The notes beneath the pieces are model-generated. The model worked only from the letters and a program-made list of their open reading frames with translations. It did no database searches and was not told the DNA's origin. The translations under genes were made by a program, and so were the position numbers. Of a stretch of 64,000 nucleotides of DNA, positions 14,801-29,800 are shown piece by piece. This DNA is from Nemertoderma westbladi (Eukaryota; Animalia; Xenacoelomorpha), in assembly GCA_032718475.1 (NCBI GenBank), contig JAUCBJ010000916.1, positions 124,001-188,000 of the forward strand. Reading direction: 5' to 3'. Each line of letters opens with the position of its first letter. Position 1 is the first letter of the stretch.

Positions 14801-17800
14801 TCACACACACCCCCGTCACGCCTATCCTATTACAGGGTTTGGATCACTCAATCACATACACCCCCGTCACGCCTATCCTATTACAGTGGCTCGATAACTC
14901 AATCACTCACACCCCCGTCATCCGGCTATCCTATTACAGGGACTGGATCACTCAATGACATACACCCCCGTCACGCCTATCCTATTACAGGGGCTGGATC
15001 ACTCAATGACATACACCCCCGTCACGCCTATCCTATTACGGGTGCTCGATAACTCAATCACACACACCCCCGTCACGCCTATCCTATTACAGGGTCTGGA
15101 TCACTCAATCACATACAGCCCCGTCATGCTTTTCCTATTACGGGGGCTCGATAACTCAATCACACACACCCCCGTCACGCCTATCCTATTACAGGGTCTG
15201 GATCACTCAAGCACATACACCCCCGTTACGCCTATCCTATTACAGGGGCTGGATCACTCAATCACATACACCCCCGTCACGGCTATCCTATTACAGGGGC
15301 TGGATCACTCAATCACATACACCCCCGTCACGCCTATCCTATTACAGGGGCTGGATCACTCAATCACATACTCCCCCGTCACGCCTATCCTATCACTGGG
15401 GCTGGATCACTCAATCACATACACCCCCGTCACGGCTAGCCTATTACAGGCGCTGGATCACTCAATCACATACACCCCCGTCACGCCTATCCTATTACAG
15501 GGACTGGATCACTCAATGACATGCACCCCCGTCACGCCTATCCTTTTACAGGGGCTGGATCACTCAATCACATACACCCCCGTCACGCCTATCCTATTAC
15601 AGGGGCTGGATCACTCAATCACATACTCCCCCGTCACGCCTATCCTATTACTGGGGCTGGATCACTCAATCACATACACCCCCGTCACGGCTAGCCTATT
15701 ACAGGCGCTGGATCACTCAATCACATACACCCCCGTCACGCCTATCCTATTACAGGGACTGGATCACTCAATGACACACACCCCCATCACGCCTATCCTA
15801 TTACAGGGTCTGGATCACTCAATCACATACACCCCCGTCACGCCTATCCTATTACAGGGTCTGGATCACTCAATCACATACACCCCGGTCACGCCTATCC
15901 TATTACATGGGCTGGATCACTCAATTACATACACCCCCGTCACGCCTATCCTATTACAGGGGCTCGATAACTCAATCACACACACACCTCCGTCACGCCT
16001 ATCCTATTACAGGGTCTGGATCACTCAATCACATACACCCCCGTCACGCCTATCCTATTACAGGGGCTGGATCACTCAATGACATACACCCCCATCATGC
16101 CCATCCTATTACGGGTGCTCGATAACTCAATCACACACACCCCCGTCACGCCTATCCTATTACAGGGTCTGGATCACTCAATCACATACACCCCCGTCAC
16201 GCCTATCCTATTACAGGGGCTGGATCATTCAATCACATACACCGCCGTCACGCCTATCCTATTACGGGTGCTCGATAACTCAATCACACACACCCCCGTC
16301 ACGCCTATCCTATTACAGGGGCTGGATCACTCAATCACATACACCCCCGTCACGCCTATCCTATTACAGGGGCTGGATCACTCAATGACATACACACCCG
16401 TCACGCCTATCCTATTACGGGTGCTCGATAACTCAATCACAAACACCCCCGTCACGCCTATCCTATTACAGGGGCTGGATCACTCAATCACATACACCCC
16501 CGTCACGCCTATCCTATCACAGGGGCTGGATCACTCAATCACATACACCCCCGTCACGCCTATCCTATTATAGGGTCTGGATCACTCAATCACATACACC
16601 CCCGTCATGCCTATCCTATTACGGGGGCTCGATAACTCAATCACACACACCCCCGTCACGCCTATCCTATTACAGGGTCTGGCTGGATCACTCAATCACA
16701 TACACCCCCGTCACGCCTATCATATTACAGGGGCTCGATAACTCAATCACACACACCCCCGTCACGCCTATCCTATTACATGGGCTGGATCACTCAATCA
16801 CATACACCCCCGTCACGCCTATCCTATTACAGGGGCTGGATCACTCAATCACATACACCCCCGTCACGGCTATCCTATTACAGGGGATGGATCACTCAAT
16901 CACATACACCCCCGTCACGCCTATCCTATTACAGGGGCTGGATCACTCAATCACATACTCCCCCGTCATGCCTATCCTATTACAGGGGTTGGATCACTCA
17001 ATCACATACACCCCCGTCACAGCTATCCTATTACAGGCGCTGGATCACTCAATCACATACACCCCCGTCAAGCCTATCCTATTACAGGGACTGGATCACT
17101 CAATGACATGCACCTCCGTCACGCCTATCCTATTACAGGGGCTGGATCACTCAATGACATACACCCCCGTCACGTTTATCCTATTACGGGGGCTCGATAA
17201 CTCAATCACACACACCCCCGTCACGCCTATCCTATTACAGGGTCTGGTTCGCTCAATCACATACACCCCGTCACGCCTATCCTATTACAGGGTCTGGATC
17301 ACTCAATCACATACACCCCGGTCACACCTATCCTATTACATGGGCTGGATCACTCAATCACATACACCCCCTCACGCCTATCATATTACAGGGGCTCGAT
17401 AACTCAATCAAACACACCCCCGTCACGCCTATCCTATTACATGGGCTGGATCACTCAATCACATACACCCCCGTCACGCCTATCCTATTACAGGGGCTGG
17501 ATCACTCAATCACATACACCCCCGTCACGGCTATCCTATTACAGGGGCTGGATCACTCAATCACATACACCCCCGTCACGCCTATCCTATTACGGGTGCT
17601 CGATAACTCAATCACACACACCCCCGTCACGCCTATCCTATTACAGGGGCTGGATCACTCAATCACATACACCCCCGTCACGCCTATCCTATTACAGGGG
17701 CTGGATCACTCAATGACATACACACCCGTCACGCCTATCCTATTACGGGTGCTCGATAACTCAATCACAAACACCCCCGTCACGCCTATCCTATTACACG

Positions 17801-20800
17801 GGCTGGATCACTCAATCACATACACCCCCGTCACGCCTATCCTATCACAGGGGCTGGATCACTCAATCACATACACCCCCGACACGCCTATCCTATTACA
17901 GGGTCTGGATCACTCAATCACATACACCCCCGTCATGCCTATCCTATTACGGGGGCTCGATAACTCAATCACACACACCCCCGTCACGCCTATCCTATTA
18001 CAGGGTCTGGCTGGATCACTCAATCACATACACCCCCGTCACGCCTATCATATTACAGGGGCTCGATAACTCAATCACACACACCCCCGTCACGCCTATC
18101 CTATTACATGGGCTGGATCACTCAATCACATACACCCCCGTCACGCCTATCCTATTACAGGGGCTGGATCACTCAATCACATACACCCCCGTCACGGCTA
18201 TCCTATTACAGGGGATGGATCACTCAATCACATACACCCCCGTCACGCCTATCCTATTACAGGGGCTGGATCACTCAATCACATACTCCCCCGTCATGCC
18301 TATCCTATTACAGGGGTTGGATCACTCAATCACATACACCCCCGTCACAGCTATCCTATTACAGGCGCTGGATCACTCAATCACATACACCCCCGTCACG
18401 CCTATCCTATTACAGGGACTGGATCACTCAATGACATGCACCTCCGTCACGCCTATCCTATTACAGGGGCTGGATCACTCAATGACATACACCCCCGTCA
18501 CGCTTATCCTATTACGGGGGCTCGATAACTCAATCACACACACCCCCGTCACGCCTATCCTATTACAGGGTCTGGTTCGCTCAATCACATACACCCCGTC
18601 ACGCCTATCCTATTACAGGGTCTGGATCACTCAATCACATACACCCCGGTCACGCCTATCCTATTACATGGGCTGGATCACTCAATCACATACACCCCCT
18701 CACGCCTATCATATTACAGGGGCTCGATAACTCAATCAAACACACCCCCGTCACGCCTATCCTATTACATGGGCTGGATCACTCAATCACATACACCCCC
18801 GTCACGCCTATCCTATTACAGGGGCTGGATCACTCAATCACATACACCCCCGTCACGGCTATCCTATTACAGGGGCTGGATCACTCAATCACATACACCC
18901 CCGTCACGCCTATCCTATTACAGGGGCTGGATCACTCAATCACATACTCCCCCGTCACGCCTATCCTATTACAGGGGCTGGATCACTCAATCACATACAC
19001 CCCCGTCACGGCTATCCCATTACAGGGGCTGGATCACTCAATCACATACATCCCCGTCACGCCTATCCTATTACAGGGACTGGATCACTCAATGACATAC
19101 ACCCCCGTCACGCCTATCCTATTACAGGGGCTGGATCACTCAATGACATACACCACCGTCACGCCTATCCTATTACGGGGGCTCGATAACTCAATCACAC
19201 ACACCCCCGTCACACCTATCCTATTACAGGGTCTGGATCACTCAATCACATACACCACCGTCACGCCTATCCTATTACAGGGTCTGGATCACTCAATCAC
19301 ATACACCCCGGTCACGCCTATCCTATTACAGGGGCTGGATCACTCAATCACATACACCCCCGTCACGCCTATCCTATTACAGGGGCTGGTTTATTCAATC
19401 ACATACACCCCCGTCACGCCTATCCTATTACAGGGGCTGGATCACTCAATCACATACACCCCCGTCACGCCTATCCTATTACAGGGGATGGATCACTCAA
19501 TCACATACACCCCCGTCACGGCTATCCTATTATAGGGGCTGGATCACTCAATCACATACACCCCCGTCACGCCTATCCTATTACAGGGGCTGGATCACTC
19601 AATCACATACTCCCCCATCACGCCTATCATATTACAGGGGCTGGATCACTCAATCACATACACCCCCGTCACGGCTATCCTATTACAGGGGCTGGATCAC
19701 TCAATCACATACACCCCCGTCACGCCTATCCTATTACAGGGACTGGATCACTTAATGACATACACCCCGTCACGCCTATCCTATTACAGGTGCTGGATCA
19801 CTCAATGACATACACCCCCGTCACGCCTATCCTATTACGGGTGCTCGATAACTCAATCACACACACCCCCGTCACGCCTATCCTATTAAAGGGTCTGGAT
19901 CACTCAATCACATACGCCCCCGTCACGCCTATCCTATTACATGGGCTGGATCACTCAATCACATACACCCCCGTCACGCCTATCCTATTACAGGGGCTGG
20001 ATCACTCAATGACATACACCCCCATCACGCCTATCCTATTACGGGTGCTCGATAACTCAATCACACACACCCCCGTCACGCCTTTCCTATTACAGGGTTT
20101 GGATCACTCAATCACATACACCCCTGTCACGCCTATCCTATTACAGTGGCTCGATAACTCAATCACTCACACCCCCGTCATCCGGCTATCCTATTACAGG
20201 GACTGGATCACTCAATGACATACACCCCCGTCACGCCTATCCTATTACAGGGGCTGGATCACTCAATGACATACACCCCCGTCACGCCTATCCTATTACG
20301 GGTGCTCGATAACTCAATCACACACACCCCCGTCACCCCTATCCTATTACAGGGTCTGGATCACTCAATCACATACACCCCCGTCATGCCTATCCTATTA
20401 CGGGGGCTCGATAACTCAATCACACACACCCCCGTCACGCCTATCCTATTACAGGGTCTGGATCACTCAATCACATACACCCCGGTCACGCCTATCCTAT
20501 TAAGCTTGACACTAGAACAAAATCGCCTCCGCTTTGCAGGACATTGCTTTCGCCGTGAGGACCAGCCAGTGCATAATCTTGTACTTTGGCAGCCTCATGG
20601 AGTGAATAAGCATGGTGGACAGCCCATGACTTTCTTGAGACGCATCTTAAAGGACACTGACCTTAAAGATGCGGATGATCTAGCAAATGTCATGAGTGAT
20701 AGGGAGTTGTGGCGGTGCAATTTTGTTGACAAGCCGGCACAGCATTCTTAAAAATGCAGCTGCAATGCAGCATGCCGATCCTAGTAGTAGTAGTAGTATC

Positions 20801-23800
20801 CTAGTACATGGGCTGGATCACTCAATCACATACACCCCCATCACGCCTATCCTATTACGGGTGCTCGATAACTCAATCACACACACCCCCGTCACGCCTT
20901 TCCTATTACAGGGTTTGGATCACTCAATCACATACACCCCTGTCACGCCTATCCTATTACAGTGGCTCGATAACTCAATCACTCACACCCCCCTCATCCG
21001 GCTATCCTATTACAGGGACTGGATCACTCAATGACATAAACCCCCGTCACGCCTATCCTATTACAGGGGCTGGATCACTCAATGACATACACCCCCGTCA
21101 CGCCTATCCTATTACGGGTGCTCGATAACTCAATCACACACACCCCCGTCACGCCTATCCTATTACAGGGTCTGGATCACTCAATCACATACACCCCGGT
21201 CACGCCTATCCTATTACATGGGCTGGATCACTCAATCACATACACCCCCGTCACGCCTATCCTATTACAGGGGCTGGATCATTCAATCACATACACCGCC
21301 GTCACGCCTATCCTATTACGGGTGCTCGATAACTCAATCACACACACCCCCGTCACGCCTATCCTATTACAGGGGATGGATCACTCAATCACATACACCC
21401 CCGTCACGCCTATCCTATTACAGGGGCTGGATCACTCAATCACATACTCCCCCGTCATGCCTATCCTATTACAGGGGTTGGATCACTCAATCACATACAC
21501 CCCCGTCACAGCTATCCTATTACAGGCGCTGGATCACTCAATCACATACACCCCCGTCACGCCTATCCTATTACAGGGACTGGATCACTCAATGACATGC
21601 ACCTCCGTCACGCCTATCCTATTACAGGGGCTGGATCACTCAATGACATACACCCCCGGCACGCTTATCCTATTACGGGGGCTCGATAACTCAATCACAC
21701 ACACCCCCGTCACGCCTATCCTATTACAGGGTCTGGTTCGCTCAATCACATACACCCCGTCACGCCTATCCTATTACAGGGTCTGGATCACTCAATCACG
21801 TACACCCCGGTCACGCCTATCCTATTACATGGGCTGGATCACTCAATCACATACACCCCCTCACGCCTATCATATTACAGGGGCTCGATAACTCAATCAA
21901 ACACACCCCCGTCACGCCTATCCTATTACATGGGCTGGATCACTCAATCACATACACCCCCGTCACGCCTATCCTATTACAGGGGCTGGATCACTCAATC
22001 ACATACACCCCCGTCACGGCTATCCTATTACAGGGGCTGGATCACTCAATCACATACACCCCCGTCACGCCTATCCTATTACAGGGGCTGGATCACTCAA
22101 TCACATACACCCCCGTCACGCCTATCCTATTACAGGGGCTGGATCACTCAATCACATACACCCCCGTCACGCCTATCCTATTACAGGGGCTGGATCACTC
22201 AATCACATACATCCCCGTCACGCCTATCCTATTACAGGGACTGGATCACTCAATGACATACACCCCCGTCACGCCTATCCTATTACAGGGGCTGGATCAC
22301 TCAATGACATACACCCCCGTCACGCCTATCCTATTACGGGGGCTCGATAACTCAATCACACACACCCCCGTCACGCCTATCCTATTACAGGGTCTGGATC
22401 ACTCAATCACATACACCCCCGTCACGCCTATCCTATTACAGGGTCTGGATCACTCAATCACATACACCCCCGTCACGCCTATCCTATTACAGGGGCTGGA
22501 TCACTCAATCACATACACCCCCGTCACGCCTATCCTATTACAGGGGCTGGATCATTCAATCACATACACCCCCGTCACGCCTATCCTATTACAGGGGCTG
22601 GATCACTCAATCACATACACCCCCGTCACGCCTATCCTATTACAGGGGCTGGATCACTCAATCACATACACCCCCGTCACGGCTATCCTATTACAGGGGC
22701 TGGATCACTCAATCACATACACCCCCGTCACGCCTATCCTATTACAGGGGCTGGATCACTCAATCACATACTCCCCCGTCACGCCTATCCTATTACAGGG
22801 GCTGGATCACTCAATCACATACACCCCCGTCACGGCTATCCTATTACAGGGGCTGGATCACTCAATCACATACACCCCCGTCACGCCTATCCTATTACAG
22901 GGACTGGATCACTTAATGACATACACCCCGTCACGCCTATCCTATTACAGGGGCTGGATCACTCAATGACATACACCCCCGTCACGCCTATCCTATTACG
23001 GGTGCTCGATAACTCAATCACACACACCCCCGTCACGCCTATCCTATTACAGGGGCTGGATCACTCAATCACATACACCCCCGTCACGCCTATCCTATTA
23101 CATGGGCTGGATCACTCAATCACATACACCCCCGTCACGCCTATCCTATTACAGGGTCTGGATCACTCAATCACATACACCCCCATCACGCCTATCCTAT
23201 TACGGGGGCTCGATAACTCAATCACACACACCCCCGTCACGCCTATCCTATTACAGGGTCTGGATCACTCAATCACATACACCCCCGTCACGCCTATCAT
23301 ATTACAGGGGCTCGATAACTCAATCACACACACCCCCGTCACGCCTATCCTATTACATGGGCTGGATCACTCAATCACATACACCCCCGTCACGCCTATC
23401 CTATTACAGGGGCTGGATCACTCAATCACATACACCCCCGTCACGGCTATCCTATTACAGGGGCTGGATCACTCAATCACATACACCCCCGTCACGCCTA
23501 TCCTATTACAGGGGCTGGATCACTCAATCACATACTCCCCCGTCACGCCTATCCTATTACAGGGGCTGGATCACTCAATCACATACACCCCCGTCACGCC
23601 TATCCTATTACAGGCGCTGGATCACTCAATCACATACACCCCCGTCACGCCTATCCTATTACAGGGCTGGATCACTCAATCACATACACCCCCATCACGC
23701 CTATCCTATTACGGGTGCTCGATAACTCAATCACACACACCCCCGTCACGCCTTTCCTATTACAGGGTTTGGATCACTCAATCACATACACCCCTGTCAC

Positions 23801-26800
23801 GCATATCCTATTACAGTGGCTCGATAACTCAATCACTCACACCCCCCTCATCCGGCTATCCTATTACAGGGACTGGATCACTCAATGACATAAACCCCCG
23901 TCACGCCTATCCTATTACAGGGGCTGGATCACTCAATGACATACACCCCCGTCACGCCTATCCTATTACGGGTGCTCGATAACTCAATCACACACACCCC
24001 CGTCACGCCTATCCTATTACAGGGTCTGGATCACTCAATCACATACACCCCGGTCACGCCTATCCTATTACATGGGCTGGATCACTCAATCACATACACC
24101 CCCGTCACGCCTATCCTATTACAGGGGCTGGATCATTCAATCACATACACCGCCGTCACGCCTATCCTATTACGGGTGCTCGATAACTCAATCACACACA
24201 CCCCCGTCACGCCTATCCTATTACAGGGTCTGGATCACTCAATCACATACACCCCGGTCACGCCTATCCTATTACATGGGCTGGATCACTCAATCACATA
24301 CACCCCCGTCACCCCTATCCTATTACAGGGTCTGGATCACTCAATCACATACACCCCCGTCATGCCTATCCTATTACGGGGGCTCGATAACTCAATCACA
24401 CACACCCCCGTCACGCCTATCATATTACAGGGTCTGGATCACTCAATCGCATACACCCCGGTCACGCCTATCCTATTACATGGGCTGGATCACTCAATCA
24501 CATACACCCCCGTCACGCCTATCCTATTACAGGGTCTGGATCATTCAATCACATACACCCCCGTCACGCCTATCCTATTACAGGGACTGGATCACTCAAT
24601 GACATACACCCCCGTCACGCCTATCCTATTACAGGGGCTGGATCACTCAATGACATACACCCCCGTCACGCCTATCCTATTACGGGTGCTCGATAACTCA
24701 ATCACACACACCCCCGTCACGCCTATCCTATTACAGGGTCTGGATCACTCAATCACATACACCCCGGTCACGCCTATCCTATTACATGGGCTGGATCACT
24801 CAATCACATACACCCCCGTCACCCCTATCCTATTACAGGGTCTGGATCACTCAATCACATACACCCCCGTCATGCCTATCCTATTACGGGGGCTCGATAA
24901 CTCAATCACACACACCCCCGTCACGCCTATCCTATTACAGGGTCTGGATCACTCAATCACATACACCCCGGTCACGCCTATCCTATTACATGGGCTGGAT
25001 CACTCAATCACATACACCCCCGTCACGCCTATCCTATTACAGGGGCTGGATCATTCAATCACATACACCGCCGTCACGCCTATCCTATTACGGGTGCTCG
25101 ATAACTCAATCACAAACACCCCCGTCACGCCTATCCTATTACAGGGGCTGGATCACTCAATCACATACACCATCGTCACGCCTATCCTATTACAGGGGCT
25201 GGATCACTCAATGACATACACCCCCGTCACGCCTATCCTATTACGGGTGCTCGATAACTCAATCACACACACCCCCGTCACGACTATCCTATTACAGGGG
25301 CTGGATCACTCAATCACATACACCCCCGTCACGCCTATCTTATCACAGGGGCTGGATCACTCAATCACATACACCCCCGTCACGCCTATCCTATTACAGG
25401 GTCTGGATCACTCAATCACATACACCCCCGTCATGCCTATCCTATTACGGGGGCTCGATAACTCAATCACACACACCCCCGTCACGCCTATCCTATTACA
25501 GGGTCTGGCTGGATCACTCAATCACATACACCCCCGTCACGCCTATCATATTACAGGGGCTCGATAACTCAATCACACACACCCCTGTCACGCCTATCCT
25601 ATTACATGGGCTGGATCACTCAATCACATACACCCCCGTCACGCCTATCCTATTACAGGGGCTGTATCACTCAATCACATACACCCCCGTCACGGCTATC
25701 CTATTACAGGGGCTGGATCACTCAATCACATACACCCCCGTCACGCCTATCCTATTACAGGGGCTGGATCACTCAATCACATACTCCCCCGTCACGCCTA
25801 TCCTATTACTGGGGCTGGATCACTCAATCACATACACCCCCGTCACGGCTAGCCTATTACAGGCGCTGGATCACTCAATCACATACACCCCCGTCACGCC
25901 TATCCTATTACAGGGACTGGATCACTCAATGACATGCACCCCCGTCACGCCTATCCTATTACAGGGGCTGGATCACTCAATGACATACACCCACATCACG
26001 CCTATCCTATTACGGGTGCTCGATAACTCAATCCCACACACCCCCCTCACGCCTATCCTATTACAGGGTCTGGATCACTCAATCACATACACCCCGGTCA
26101 CGCCTATCCTATTACATGGGCTGGATCACTCAATCACATACACCCCCGTCACCCCTATCCTATTACAGGGTCTGGATCACTCAATTACATACACCCCCGT
26201 CATGCCTATCCTATTACGGGGGCTCGATAACTCAATCACACACACCCCCGTCACGCCTATCATATTACAGGGTCTGGATCACTCAATCGCATACACCCCG
26301 GTCACGCCTATCCTATTACATGGGCTGGATCATTCAATCACATACACCCCCGTCACGCCTATCCTATTACAGGGGCTGGATCATTCAATCACATACACCC
26401 CCGTCACGCCTATCCTATTACAGGGACTGGATCACTCAATGACATACACCCCCGTCACGCCTATCCTATTACAGGGGCTGGATCACTCAATGACATACAC
26501 CCCCGTCACGCCTATCCTATTACGGGTGCTCGATAACTCAATCACACACACCCCCGTCACGCCTATCCTATTACAGGGTCTGGATCACTCAATCACATAC
26601 ACCCCGGTCACGCCTATCCTATTACATGGGCTGGATCACTCAATCACATACACCCCCGTCACCCCTATCCTATTACAGGGTCTGGATCACTCAATCACAT
26701 ACACCCCCGTCATGCCTATCCTATTACGGGGGCTCGATAACTCAATCACACACACCCCCGTCACGCCTATCCTATTACAGGGTCTGGATCACTCAATCAC

Positions 26801-29800
26801 ATACACCCCGGTCACGCCTATCCTATTACATGGGCTGGATCACTCAATCACATACACCCCCGTCACGCCTATCCTATTACAGGGGCTGGATCACTCAATC
26901 ACATACACCCCCGTCACGGCTATCCTATTACAGGGGCTGGATCACTCAATCACATACACCGCCGTCACGCCTATCCTATTACGGGTGCTCGATAACTCAA
27001 TCACACACACCCCCGTCACGCCTATCCTATTACAGGGGCTGGATCACTCAATCACATACACCATCGTCACGCCTATCCTATTACAGGGGCTGGATCACTC
27101 AATGACATACACCCCCGTCACGCCTATCCTATTACGGGTGCTCGATAACTCAATCACACACACCCCCGTCACGACTATCCTATTACAGGGGCTGGATCAC
27201 TCAATCACATACACCCCCGTCACGCCTATCCTATCACAGGGGCTGGATCACTCAATCACATACACCCCCGTCACGCCTATCCTATTACAGGGTCTGGATC
27301 ACTCAATCACATACACCCCCGTCATGCCTATCATATTACGGGGGCTCGATAACTCAATCACACACACCCCCGTCACGCCTATCCTATTACAGGGTCTGGC
27401 TGGATCACTCAATCACATACACCCCCGTCACGCCTATCATATTACAGGGGCTCGATAACTCAATCACACACACCCCTGTCACGCCTATCCTATTACATGG
27501 GCTGGATCACTCAATCACATACACCCCCGTCACGCCTATCCTATTACAGGGGCTGGATCACTCAATCACATACACCCCCGTCACGGCTATCCTATTACAG
27601 GGGCTGGATCACTCAATCACATACACCCCCGTCACGCCTATCCTATTACAGGGGCTGGATCACTCAATCACATACTCCCCCGTCACGCCTATCCTATTAC
27701 TGGGGCTGGATCACTCAATCACATACACCCCCGTCACGTCTAGCCTATTACAGGCGCTGGATCACTCAATCACATACACCCCCGTCACGCCTATCCTATT
27801 ACAGGGACTGGATCACTCAATGACATGCACCCCCGTCACGCCTATCCTTTTACAGGGGCTGGATCACTCAATGACATACACCCCCGTCACGCTTATCCTA
27901 TTACGGGGGCTCGATAACTCAATCACACACACCCCCGTCACGCCTATCCTATTACAGGGTCTGGATCACTCAATCACATACACCCCCGTCACGCCTATCC
28001 TATTACAGGGTCTGGATCACTCAATCACATACACCCCGGTCACGCCTATCCTATTACATGGGCTGGATCACTCAATTACATACACCCCCGTCACGCCTAT
28101 CCTATTACAGGGGCTCGATAACTCAATCACACACATACCTCCGTCACGCCTATCCTATTACAGGGTCTGGATCACTCAATCACATACACCCCCGTCACGC
28201 CTATCTTATTACAGGGGCTGGATCACTCAATGACATACACCCCCGTCATGCCCATCCTATTACGGGTGCTCGATAACTCAATCACACACACCCCCGTCAC
28301 GCCTATCCTATTACAGGGTCTGGATCACTCAATCACATACACCCCCGTCACGCCTATCCTATTACAGGGGCTGGATCATTCAATCACATACACCGCCGTC
28401 ACGCCTATCCTATTACGGGTGCTCGATAACTCAATCACACACACACCCGTCACGCCTATCCTATTACAGGGGCTGGATCACTCAATCACATACACCCCCG
28501 TCACGCCTATCCTATTACAGGGGCTGGATCACTCAATGACATACACACCCGTCATGCCTATCCTATTACGGGTGCTCGATAACTCAATCACACACACCCC
28601 CGTCACGCCTATCCTATTACAGGGGCTGGATCACTCAATCTCATACACCCCCGTCACACCTATCCTATCACAGGGGTTGGATCACTCAATCACATACACC
28701 CCCGTCACGCCTATCCTATTACAGGGTCTGGATCACTCAATCACATACACCCCCGTCATGCCTATCCTATTACGGGGGCTCGATAACTCAATCACACACA
28801 CCCCCGTCACGCCTATCCTATTACAGGGTCTGGCTAGATCACTCAATCACATACACCCCCGTCACGCCTATCATATTACAGGGGCTCGATAACTCAATCA
28901 CACACACCCCCGTCACGCCTATCCTATTACATGGGCTGGATTACTCAATCACATACTCCCCCGTCATGCCTATCCTATTACAGGGGTTGGATCACTCAAT
29001 CACATACACCCCCGTCACAGCTGTCCTATTACAGGCGCTGGATCACTCAATCACATACACCCCCGTCACGCCTATCCTATTACAGGGACTGGATCACTCA
29101 ATGACATGCACCTCCGTCACGCCTATCCTATTACAGGGGCTGGATCACTCAATGACATACACCCCCGTCATGCTTATCCTATTACGGGGGCTCGATAACT
29201 CAATCACACACACCCCCGTCACGCCTATCCTATTACAGGGTCTGGATCACTCAATCACATACAACCCCGTCACGCCTATCCTATTACAGGGTCTGGATCA
29301 CTCAATCACATACACCCCGGTCACGCCTATCCTATTACATGGGCTGGATCACTCAATCACATACACCCCCTCACGCCTATCATATTACAGGGGCTCGATA
29401 ACTCAATCAAACACACCCCCAACACGCCTATCCTATTACATGGGCTGGATCACTCAATCACATACACCCCCGTCACGCCTATCCTATTACAGGGGCTGGA
29501 TCACTCAATCACATACACCCCCGTCACGGCTATCCTATTACAGGGGCTGGATCACTCAATCACATACACCCCCGTCACGCCTATCCTATTACAGGGGCTG
29601 GATCACTCAATCACATACACCCCCGTCACGGCTATCCCATTACAGGGGCTGGATCACTCAATCACATACATCCCCGTCACGCCTATCCTATTACAGGGAC
29701 TGGATCACTCAATGACATACACCCCCGTCACGCCTATCCTATTACAGGGGCTGGATCACTCAATGACATACACCACCGTCACGCCTATCCTATTACAGGG

